46,124 nt of DNA, taken from IMG/VR virus record IMGVR_UViG_3300048577_000585, positions 1-46,124 of that record; one strand, written 5' to 3'. This stretch comes from a virus. Lineage: Duplodnaviria > Caudoviricetes. The translations under genes were made by a program, and so were the position numbers. Positions 26,425 through 35,800 of this stretch are shown here, piece by piece (the first letter of the stretch is position 1; every line of letters starts with the position of its first letter). The notes beneath the pieces are model-generated. The model was not told where the DNA came from, ran no database searches, and was given only the letters and a program-made list of their open reading frames with translations.

Positions 26425-27510
26425 TTATTTCCGAAACACTTCACACAGTACATCGTCTGTTAAATCTCCAAAAACGGGCCCGTTTGTATATTGTAAAAAG
26501 TCTAGTTGAGGTGATTCAAGGTTCGCTTCAATTAAAACCGGCTCCCCGTCTTTGCCAACAGAGATATCCCAGCCAATAAGTTTATTGTAGGATAGACGGG
26601 GGGCTTGGCTTTTAACAAGATTAAGGATCTTATCAAACGAAGGGATTTCGTAATTTTCAAAAACAAACCCTTGAGGATGACGATCATGTTGAGTGCCGTC
26701 AGCGCTATATGCTTTGCTTTTTAAGTGGCCATCAGAGGTGATGCCGCAAACAATACCGCCAGAACTTGCATTGTCAACGATGCTATTGTTAACACCCATT
26801 CTTAAAACGTGCGATAATATATGCACTTTATTATTTAGGATTAAGGAAACCACGCGAATAGTATTTATCGATGATTGGTGAATAGCACTCATGCTTTGAT
26901 GTTGTTTAATTACCTCCTGCACGATGAATGATGGCACTGAGCTATAATCCTCAAAGGCCTTAATCAAATCGTTGCGGTCTTCGCAGTTAACAAGAGAAAC
27001 CTTTTTGCCGCCGTGTGTGTCGAGAGAAGGCTTGAAAATAACAGAATCGTGACGCTGACACAAATCAACGGCAGCTTCCAAAGATATTATTCGGAAGTCA
27101 TTATCAAGGTATAACCCATTGCTCTTGTGAACAATAGAATCTGGAGTCTTGCAGTCAAACAACAACGGGAAAAACGATTTATTTGCAAGAGGTGATTTTA
27201 GCTTATTAAAGTATGGGTTGATTACAGCATAATACAAATCATCCGGTATGTATCTACAGTCGAAGATACCGGTCACGGAGGTATACAGCTGATGTGAATC
27301 CAATCGAAAATTTTGGGTATAAGGCTTCCAATATTCTCTGATCTGGGATACTTGGTCTCTGCTTAAGACGTTTTGTCTGTCTTCAATTCTTTTTCTAACT
27401 ATCTTTCGGAAAAAATGGGTCATACGAATACGGTATAAATTATCAGGAGCTTTGTTAACGAAACCAACGACATTTTTATTAAAGAATTCTCGCAATCCCC
27501 GTTGATTCAC
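26425..27510 (-). CDS. Sugar-transfer-associated ATP-grasp ligase (moron)
   Basis: KPSLDTHGGK, IVQEVIKQH..SSINTIRV, LRMG..VDNASSGG, IGWDISV...VLIEAN; visibly AT-richer, opposite strand, AT-rich promoter region 27530-27570. Confidence 0.85.
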   Translation of the reverse strand: MNQRGLREFFNKNVVGFVNKAPDNLYRIRMTHFFRKIVRKRIEDRQNVLSRDQVSQIREYWKPYTQNFRLDSHQLYTSVTGIFDCRYIPDDLYYAVINPYFNKLKSPLANKSFFPLLFDCKTPDSIVHKSNGLYLDNDFRIISLEAAVDLCQRHDSVIFKPSLDTHGGKKVSLVNCEDRNDLIKAFEDYSSVPSFIVQEVIKQHQSMSAIHQSSINTIRVVSLILNNKVHILSHVLRMGVNNSIVDNASSGGIVCGITSDGHLKSKAYSADGTQHDRHPQGFVFENYEIPSFDKILNLVKSQAPRLSYNKLIGWDISVGKDGEPVLIEANLESPQLDFLQYTNGPVFGDLTDDVLCEVFRK

Positions 27511-27616
27511 TATTATCCCATCCTTTTCTATATTTTATTATAAAATACCACATATAACAAAATAATCAAGTGCATTGATCCACCAATTCAACAATTGTCC
27601 AACTAAGGAGGCACCC

Positions 27617-28705
27617 ATGAGAACAATAACCGTGTCCGTGCTGGACGAAGTAATCAAAGCATCTTCCAATATCGCCGGAGCTGCCGGATCGTATAACGCC
27701 GTCACGCTGGAGATAACCTTCAGCGACGCATGGGACGGTCTATCCCGAAAGGTATACTTCTATAACGCCAAGGGCGGCGGGTTGGTCTACGTCCTGTTGA
27801 CACCCGCACACCTCAAAGAAGGTACGACGAACGTGTACCAGCTGCCGATCCCCGCCGAGCCGCTTGCTTATGAAGGCGACATGACCATGACGATCAAGGG
27901 GTATCTGCTTAACGGGACGGAAGAGTCCATCGTCATGCTGACCATGCAGAAGGCATTCAAGGTCTACGCTTCCGGGTATGCCGATACGTCCGCGGGGCCT
28001 GCCGAACCGACACCGACACAGGCCGAGCAGCTCCAGGCGCAGATTGACGCGCTGGCCGCTGGTATCGCAGACCCGAAAGGTGAAATTCGTATCTATGAGG
28101 GTACACGATTAAATGAATCCGGCAACCCGGAGGCAATACCGGGAGCTTTTCGGCTCGACTCAACCATTGATGATACATATTTGTCGGTTACTCCGATACA
28201 GGACAGAGCATATTTCCGAGTTTACAAAATAGACCCGGGAACGGGATACGGCCTGTACCGCGACATAAGAATCGACTTTGGGGAAGATGTCGCGGCTTCA
28301 GATGCTTTAAAGTTTGCTCAAAAAACGGAGCCTTTTGGTTGGAATGAGGAATTCAAAATCTATCATGAAGGCAACAAACCGACACCAGAAGAACTTGGTA
28401 TTTACGCTGCAGGCACTGCGTTGCCGGCTACAACAGGCGCAATGACGGCCACAATGGACGGCGGGATCAAGTTAATCACACCGACCGGAAACTGTACGTT
28501 CAATGCCACCGGCGGTACGCTGGGGCAGCGCTGCGCGTTTGTCATTACTACGTCTGGTACCACATCGTACACCTTGACCTGGGGGACAGATTTCAAGACA
28601 GCCGGCACCCTGGCAACCGGGACGGCTGATGCAAAGAAGTTCGTTGTGGAGTTCATATACGACGGCACAACGTGGAACGAGGTATCACGCACAGTTGCGA
28701 TGTAA
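27617..28705 (+). CDS. Tail fibre/receptor-binding-type protein with BppU-like N-terminus
   Basis: AAGGAGG RBS; VTLEITFSDAWDGLSRKVYF..IPAEPL; KIYHEGNKPTPEELG fibre motif; Thr/Gly-rich C-terminal domain. Confidence 0.7.
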   Translation: MRTITVSVLDEVIKASSNIAGAAGSYNAVTLEITFSDAWDGLSRKVYFYNAKGGGLVYVLLTPAHLKEGTTNVYQLPIPAEPLAYEGDMTMTIKGYLLNGTEESIVMLTMQKAFKVYASGYADTSAGPAEPTPTQAEQLQAQIDALAAGIADPKGEIRIYEGTRLNESGNPEAIPGAFRLDSTIDDTYLSVTPIQDRAYFRVYKIDPGTGYGLYRDIRIDFGEDVAASDALKFAQKTEPFGWNEEFKIYHEGNKPTPEELGIYAAGTALPATTGAMTATMDGGIKLITPTGNCTFNATGGTLGQRCAFVITTSGTTSYTLTWGTDFKTAGTLATGTADAKKFVVEFIYDGTTWNEVSRTVAM

Positions 28706-28717
28706 GGAGGACGCATT

Positions 28718-29077
28718 ATGACCATCAATAAAGCACTTGAAATAGCGGACGATCTCCGTCCCAACGCCTTTACACCCGACCGTAAGGCAGAATGGGTAAT
28801 CGCTGTTGATGGCCGAGTCAACGCCGAGGTTGTCAAGGCGACGGATTATGCCGCACCGGAGTACCCTGCAGATCAGGAGACGGAACTTCTCGTTCCGTCT
28901 CCTTACGATGACATTGACCAGATTTACGTCATGGCTCAAATTGCCTTGTATCAGAAGGACTATGACGAATACAATGCATTGGGGCAAACTTTCAACGATC
29001 AATTCAAGGCGTATGCGAGCTATTACAACCGGACGCACAGCCCCGCGCAGCCGAATTCAATCAAGAATCTGTGGTGA
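28718..29077 (+). CDS. Head-tail adaptor-like protein
   Basis: AAGGAGG RBS; 119 aa, ELLVPSPYDDI..Y; precedes the nozzle-like gene. Confidence 0.6.
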   Translation: MTINKALEIADDLRPNAFTPDRKAEWVIAVDGRVNAEVVKATDYAAPEYPADQETELLVPSPYDDIDQIYVMAQIALYQKDYDEYNALGQTFNDQFKAYASYYNRTHSPAQPNSIKNLW

Positions 29078-29083
29078 TGCGAT

Positions 29084-31201
29084 ATGGAACTGGCTTATAT
29101 CAAGGGCGGGAAGAAGAAGCGGGATAGTCAAACGCTCGTCTTTGGCGGCATCAACGTGACCGATGCGGCCAAGGTGGGCGAACTGCGGTCTGCGAAGAAT
29201 CTGACCGGTGACAGGTATCCGTATTTGTCCACGCGCGGCCCGAGAGCGACGCACAAAGTTATCAATGGCTTGACGGCGCTATCCGATTGGAACGAGCTCG
29301 TCTATGTCGCCGGGACGGACCTTTATTACAAGGGCGTGAAGGTCGGGACCGTGACCCCAGGCGAGAAGCAATTCGCAACTGTAAACACCAAGCTGGTCGT
29401 GTGGCCTGACAAAATGTATCTCGACCTGACCACGAACGAGTTTAAGCCGCTGGCCGCATCGGTGGCAACGGACGAAAACAGCGTGGTATTCACACAAAAC
29501 ACGCTGCAGGCGGACATATCGGACAGCACCAGCAGCGAAACGACGCAGATCGTTTACGAAACCGACAACATCCCGCTGGTGAGGGTGTATACCGCCGTTT
29601 CATGGTCGCCGGGAACCGGGTGGACGAAGACCGGACAGACAGAAAAGCAGGTAACTGACGTTTCAGTTGGTGACATCATAATCCCCACGAAAGTGGAAAG
29701 CAGCGGCGCTTATGTACTTGGGTACAAAGCCGAAGGAACTTACCCTGATGATAATACCGATGGAAAGTATTTCGAAATAACAGCGAGAGACCTCACCGCA
29801 GAGTCGAACTACCGATGGGCTGCATTTACATACACGGTATGGTACGGCGACGGATACTGGAATTACTACGACGAGTGGGTGCCGCCCAGCGGCGGTGTCA
29901 ACATAGGAACATTTATGGGTTTCCGGTACGGATTGGTATCAAACGCATATCCGAACAACACAATTGGTCCAGACCCAGCAACGGGGCAAAGCCTTTTCTT
30001 CCAAGGACCGGAGCCATATGTTTATCCGCAAGCGGTCAACCTCACATACGACGTTGTAACCGATACGGAAACAAACTCTTTCCTCGATTTCCTTAAACCC
30101 GGCGATGTGGTCGTTATATCGGGATGCGCGACACTTCCTGTCAACAACATCGCCGTCCCGGTTGACAGCAACGATACCTTTGCGAAGCTATCCAATGTTA
30201 CGGATGACACCCTGACATTCACTGAAAACCTTTTTACCGCGGGGACCGAAGCCGCGGCTATTACTATAAGCAAGTATGTGCCGGACCTGGAATTTATCTG
30301 CGCTCACGATAACCGGCTGTGGGGCGTGAAAGAGCAGATCATTTACGGCTCGGCGCTGGGCGAACCTTCTGTGTTTTACGACTTTTCCAAATTAAGCACA
30401 GACAGCTACCAGGCGGCGGTCGGCACCAAGGGCAATTTTACCGGGTGTGTATCTACCGGAGATGAGCTCCTTTTCGTGAAGGAGGATTGCATTCATCGGG
30501 TGACAGGCGATATGCCGTCGGAATACGGCTATATCACATACGGGATGCCCGGTGTACAGGTGGGGAGCAGCAAGAGCCTCTCAGTCATCAAGGGGAATCT
30601 GTATTACAAGGCCCGAGACGGAATCTATGTCTATTACGGTGGGCAGACGCGCAAAATGAGCGACAATCTCGGCAATGTACGGTATCAGAACGCAGTCGCC
30701 GGTACGGACGGTAATAAATATTACATATCAATGGTCGACAACAATGCGGTATGGCACCTGTTTACCTTCGATACGCGCCACGGTATATGGCTGCATGAGG
30801 ACAATATGCACATTGCGGACTTCGCCTTTCTGGACGGACTCCTGTACTATCTCGACCTGGGCGCGAATGCAATCGGCATAGCAAACCTTCCCGCTGCAAC
30901 CGAATCCATACCCTGGGAGGCAGAACTTGTCGAGTTTAACGAATCCGCGCTGAACAAAAAAGACTACTCCAGGTTGTACGTCCGGGCAGAGTTAGGGGAC
31001 GGCGCTGTCCTCAAGATCGAAGCTGCTGTTGACGGCGGACTGTACCGCCAAGTCTACCTGACGCACAACACCCGCCGGCGGACGCTGACGGTGCCTCTGT
31101 CGCCGTACCGGTGCGATGAGTTGAAGATCCGGCTGTCCGGTGACGGCCCTTGTACTATAAAAGCAATCGAGCGCGAATTTGCCGTAGGGAGTGGGTTGTA
31201 A
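29084..31201 (+). CDS. Podoviral tail nozzle/stabilisation protein (P22 gp10 or T7 gp12-like position)
   Basis: FGGIN..GELRSAKNL..YPYLSTR N-terminus, beta-propeller-like HDNRLWG..IYGSALG repeats; 705 aa. Confidence 0.7.
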   Translation: MELAYIKGGKKKRDSQTLVFGGINVTDAAKVGELRSAKNLTGDRYPYLSTRGPRATHKVINGLTALSDWNELVYVAGTDLYYKGVKVGTVTPGEKQFATVNTKLVVWPDKMYLDLTTNEFKPLAASVATDENSVVFTQNTLQADISDSTSSETTQIVYETDNIPLVRVYTAVSWSPGTGWTKTGQTEKQVTDVSVGDIIIPTKVESSGAYVLGYKAEGTYPDDNTDGKYFEITARDLTAESNYRWAAFTYTVWYGDGYWNYYDEWVPPSGGVNIGTFMGFRYGLVSNAYPNNTIGPDPATGQSLFFQGPEPYVYPQAVNLTYDVVTDTETNSFLDFLKPGDVVVISGCATLPVNNIAVPVDSNDTFAKLSNVTDDTLTFTENLFTAGTEAAAITISKYVPDLEFICAHDNRLWGVKEQIIYGSALGEPSVFYDFSKLSTDSYQAAVGTKGNFTGCVSTGDELLFVKEDCIHRVTGDMPSEYGYITYGMPGVQVGSSKSLSVIKGNLYYKARDGIYVYYGGQTRKMSDNLGNVRYQNAVAGTDGNKYYISMVDNNAVWHLFTFDTRHGIWLHEDNMHIADFAFLDGLLYYLDLGANAIGIANLPAATESIPWEAELVEFNESALNKKDYSRLYVRAELGDGAVLKIEAAVDGGLYRQVYLTHNTRRRTLTVPLSPYRCDELKIRLSGDGPCTIKAIEREFAVGSGL

Positions 31202-31371
31202 TGGCCGAGGATATCAGTAAGGTTGTGTTCAAAAAGAAGCTGCCGCCGAATGCGTCCACGAAGGAAATCGCTGATCACGTCCGGTATATGCAGGAGGCAA
31301 TTGATTTCAAGCTGCAGGTCATTATAGACCAGGTTAACAAACTGACGGCGCAGGTCGGGGGAGGGTCGTAA
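31201..31371 (+). CDS. Small coiled-coil virion protein
   Basis: TAATG coupling; 56 aa. Confidence 0.6.
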   Translation: MAEDISKVVFKKKLPPNASTKEIADHVRYMQEAIDFKLQVIIDQVNKLTAQVGGGS

Positions 31372-31372
31372 A

Positions 31373-32794
31373 ATGGGGTATTCATGGTACAGCAGCGATG
31401 ACGATTATGATAAGGACACAGATTATCAGTCGCTGATTGACACAGCCGTGTCACAGGGCGACTTATATGGCGCCGCAAAATACGAGCAGCGGCGTAACGC
31501 GAAGATTAAAGGTGAGGGGCGCGACGAGGAGCAGACAAACAACTATTCCGATTATTTGAACATGTACGGTGACGGCAGTGAGAAGGGCCAGACACTGTAC
31601 GCCAGGAACGCTTCCGCTCCGGCCAATGCAGGCTATACAAGCCCCTACGCTGCCGATATCGCGGCGCTCATTGATAAGTTTAAGAATTACGGCCCTTACG
31701 ATTCGGCGGCAGACCCGACGTTCCAGAAGCAACTGGCCGGGTTCACCGAGCAGTACACGAAGCGGGGCCAGCGCTCCATGCAGGACACCATCGGGCAGGT
31801 GTCGGCGCGTACAGGCGGCCTTGCCAGTTCCTACGCTTCTTCTGCCGGTGCCGATGCGTATAACTATTATATGGGGCAGTTGGGCGACAAGGAACTTGAC
31901 CTGCTGGCCCAGGGTGAACAGCGGCATGCTGCCGGGAAGAACGATATTATGAACCTTCTGGGTATTTACACGAATCAGGACGCCACCGCATATGGCCGGT
32001 ACAGAGATACCGTCGGTGATGCCCGGTACGAGCAGGAATACGCCGACACCATGGAGCAGCGTGATCTTGAAAACAGTCGGTGGAATATGCAGTGGAATAA
32101 TGAGCTCGGGCGACAGGGTGTTGAGGACGAGCGTTGGAATACGCAGTACGGAGACACGCGGAACGACGCCAACTTCACGAAGGCGCAGACGCTGTTGTCG
32201 ATGGGCTTCTCAACGACCGAAATTGCCGGGTATCTCGGCATCACCCAGGAGCAGGCCGACCAATACGCCGCGATGGTACAGTCTGGCATGAAGGCCGACA
32301 TCGACGCGCGTAACCGGTCGAACACTGGCAGTTCTGGCGGTGGGGGCGGCGGCAAGCCGAGGTTGACAGCCGCACAGGTGAACGCAGCTATCAAGGCAGG
32401 GACGGTCACCAGTGATGTGCTGGCCGCGTATGAGTATTACTATGGCGCTCCGTACACCGGCGGCAACGGCGGCGACGAGGACATGGGTATCATAGATAAG
32501 ATGCTCAGTTACGGCAACGATGCCCGGGCGAAAGAATACCTCTATCAGCAGTCCGGTCTTTCTGATAGCGAAACGGACGAGCTGTGGTACGAATATGAAA
32601 CCCAGCGTGACACAGTGCCGAATGGGGCGCTCACGAAGAAACAGTGGGAGTCAATAAAGGTGTGGGCCGGTTCCCATGGCGGCAAATTCGGCGGCATGCT
32701 CGGCGACATCGACCCGGACGAGGCGGCTGCCGCAGCATACGATTCATACGAAGAATACCTTGCCGACTTTAGACAGTTCGCTCGCGGACAGTAG
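31373..32794 (+). CDS. Probable internal virion/DNA-ejection protein
   Basis: GGAGG RBS; helical, Q/Y/G-rich, GGLASSYASSAG; located before the giant gene as for podoviral ejection proteins. Confidence 0.6.
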   Translation: MGYSWYSSDDDYDKDTDYQSLIDTAVSQGDLYGAAKYEQRRNAKIKGEGRDEEQTNNYSDYLNMYGDGSEKGQTLYARNASAPANAGYTSPYAADIAALIDKFKNYGPYDSAADPTFQKQLAGFTEQYTKRGQRSMQDTIGQVSARTGGLASSYASSAGADAYNYYMGQLGDKELDLLAQGEQRHAAGKNDIMNLLGIYTNQDATAYGRYRDTVGDARYEQEYADTMEQRDLENSRWNMQWNNELGRQGVEDERWNTQYGDTRNDANFTKAQTLLSMGFSTTEIAGYLGITQEQADQYAAMVQSGMKADIDARNRSNTGSSGGGGGGKPRLTAAQVNAAIKAGTVTSDVLAAYEYYYGAPYTGGNGGDEDMGIIDKMLSYGNDARAKEYLYQQSGLSDSETDELWYEYETQRDTVPNGALTKKQWESIKVWAGSHGGKFGGMLGDIDPDEAAAAAYDSYEEYLADFRQFARGQ

Positions 32795-32805
32795 GGAGGG
32801 CGATT

Positions 32806-35800
32806 ATGGCAAAATCATTCGCACAGTGGAAAGCTGAGCAGAATAAAAATAGACAGCAGACGTCCGTGACGCAGAGGGAGCAGCCGAAGTCTTTCGCATC
32901 ATGGGCACAAAAGAACCGGGGTATTCAGTCGACCCCGGATTTCGCTGCACGTCCGGTAAAGCCGTTTACGCCGCCGGAATGGATGACCACCAGAATGGAC
33001 GCCGCGGCTGATCCGGCGGTGTTGGAGGCGCAGCGGACCCTTGCCGCTGACCGGGCCGCGTTCAAGCCGCAGAACGCCACCGATATAGGGTTTTACAATC
33101 GTCCGACAGAAGGGTATGTTAACACCCTCCGTTCGGACCTGGACGAGTTACGCCGTCAGCGGCAGGACATGGGCGGTCCGTTAATGCCGGACGCGTCGCA
33201 GATGGACGCATATTCTGATCTGACCTTCAAGATTGACGCGCTACAGGATAACCTTGATATGTACGGCACCGACCTCTACAACACCAACCGGGCGGCGACA
33301 ATGCGGAGTATTGAGAGCGCAGCCGGGAGCGGCACGTTTGACGGCAAGTCAATCACCGACACCCGCGGTATTTATGGTATAGCGAAATACCTGACCGATG
33401 CCGAGTATAAGGCCGAAACGGACAAGGCGCTGATGGATAATGCCAAGCGGCGCGGGACCGCCGGTACGGGTTTGTGGGAAGTGCCGTCCGTATTCGGTGA
33501 TGCCGCCGACATGCAGCGATACGGCGAAGCTTCCACTATGACCAATCAGGAAAAAGAAACGCTGCTGTATTATCTGTCCATCGGTGACGATGAGACAGCC
33601 CAGCAATATTACGACGCGATTCAGCGTGACCTGCAGAAAAGGTATGCCGGTGAGCAATCCGACTTCACGCAGGACTTCACGAAAGAACACCCTGTCACCG
33701 GCACCTTGATGAACATCACGGCATCGCTCGGCCAGGGTGCGGGGTTTGTATCGAACACCGCGCAGAACCTCAAGAATCAGCTTGGCTCGGGCGAATACGA
33801 GCCTATCAACCTTTATAATATGGCGAACGCACCCACACGGATGGTAAACGACACGACGGAGGCGCTGACGGAAGATATCAAGTCGCCTTTCGGCAAGCTG
33901 CTTGCACAAACAGGCTTGTCAATCGGCCAATTCGCCGCCACGCTGCCGTTTGGCTCAACCGGCGCCCTCGCCATTATGGGGACGGCATCGGCGAATCAGT
34001 ATGCCTATGACGCACTGGAGCGCGGCGTACCGGCACATGAAGCCATGGCTGGTGCTACGGCGGCCGGCGTGATCGAAGTGCTGACAGAGAAGATCCCGCT
34101 GGACGAGCTGTTTAAGATCGCCGATGTAACAACATTTGCGCAGGCCTTAAAGGCTGTGGGTAAACAAGCCGGGATGGAAGGCATAGAGGAAATTGTCAAC
34201 TCCTACGCAAATTCCATTTCGGACCAGATTATCACCGGCGAAAAGTCTCAATTTAATCAGCTTGTGGCATCATATCAGGCAGACGGCATGACCCGCGACG
34301 AAGCGTATCGGAAGGCCATGCTCGACACATACGTCATGCAGCCGCTTCAAGCCGGTTTTGGCGGTTTCCTTTCTGGAGGCTTTATTGGCGGCGGCATGAC
34401 GGCGCTCAACTTCGCGCCGCAGCCGAAAACGCGCGTAGATCTGGCGACCGAACTTGCCAACAGACATCCGGACGCTGAACCGGACTTCGCCGCCATGGTT
34501 GAAGCGGCGGTGCAGCCGACGGAGCCGCTGCCTGTCCAACCAGCAGAAGCCCAGCCGCCCGAGCCGATTCAGCCGCCCACCGTCCCGGATTCATCCTATA
34601 TCGAAAAGGCGCAGGTTGATATTTTCCGTAAGGCCGGTCAATCAATGGTCCCTCTATCTTCTATCGTGCAGCAGGATGAGGAAGTCACGGACGCGCAGAT
34701 GACCGCATACGATGAAGGCATGGCCGAGGCGGTCAAAAAGATGCAAGCCGAGAATGCGGCGAAGAAACCCACAGAAAGCAAGCCGGTTGTGGAAAAGGTT
34801 GAGGCCCCTATTGAAATTCCGGCACAAAAGGTAGATAATGGCACCGTAAGCAAGCCGGTACACGAACAGATTGCAAATTCTGTATATAAATATGTCAGCG
34901 AGGGCCAGACCTTCACCGCTGAACGGCTGTTCGAAATTGCCGACAAAGCGTATGGCGGGACAATGGCTGCCGGGAAATATACGGTCAAGGACGCTTATGA
35001 TGCGGTCGAGTTGGCCGTGAACAAGTGGCTCGAAAAGTATGCGAAGTCCATGAACGGCGATAAGGTAACAGCCAGATCGGCAATCCCGGCCTTTGAGAAG
35101 CTTTTAGCCGCGCTCCCGACGCAGACGAAGCGTACCGCTGAGATGGAGGAATATCAGCAGTTTTCCACGCCTCCGAATATCGCTTATCTGGCGGCTTGGG
35201 CAGCCGGTATCACATCAAACGATACCGTCCTGGAGCCGAGCGCCGGTATTGGCGGCTTGGCTGTATTCCCCAAGGCGTGGGGCGCGAAGGTTTATGCGAA
35301 TGAATTGTCACCCCGCCGTCTTGAGTTCTTGAAGTCCATGGGTTTCACTGGGACTTTCAATTTCAACGCCGAGCAGATTGACAACCTGCTACCAGACGAC
35401 GTGAAGCCGAGCGTCGTGCTGATGAACCCGCCTTTCTCGTCTGCGGCCGGACGGATGACCACGAAAGCCACGGCCAACGCGAAACGGCATATCGAACAGG
35501 CGCTTAATCGGCTTGAACCGAACGGGCGGCTTGTCGCTATCGTTGGGCGCGGCATGGCAGACGACTCGCCGTCGTTCTCATCCTGGTGGAACGATCTGAA
35601 GCAGAAATATAACATCCGGGCGAACGTCCGCATTGACGGAAAGAACTATAAGAAATACGGCACGAATTTTGACATTCAGCTTGTGGTGATTGATAAAACC
35701 GGTGCGACTGAAAAGACCATAACCGGCGAATATACCGACCTTACACAGATACCTACAGTATTGGAGGGAATCAGAAATGATCGGGCAAGAGCAGAAAATA

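Noticed and set aside
25048-31201. Diversity-generating retroelement or invertase-driven tail switching
   Set aside because: No reverse transcriptase, serine invertase or template/variable repeat pair seen in the window.
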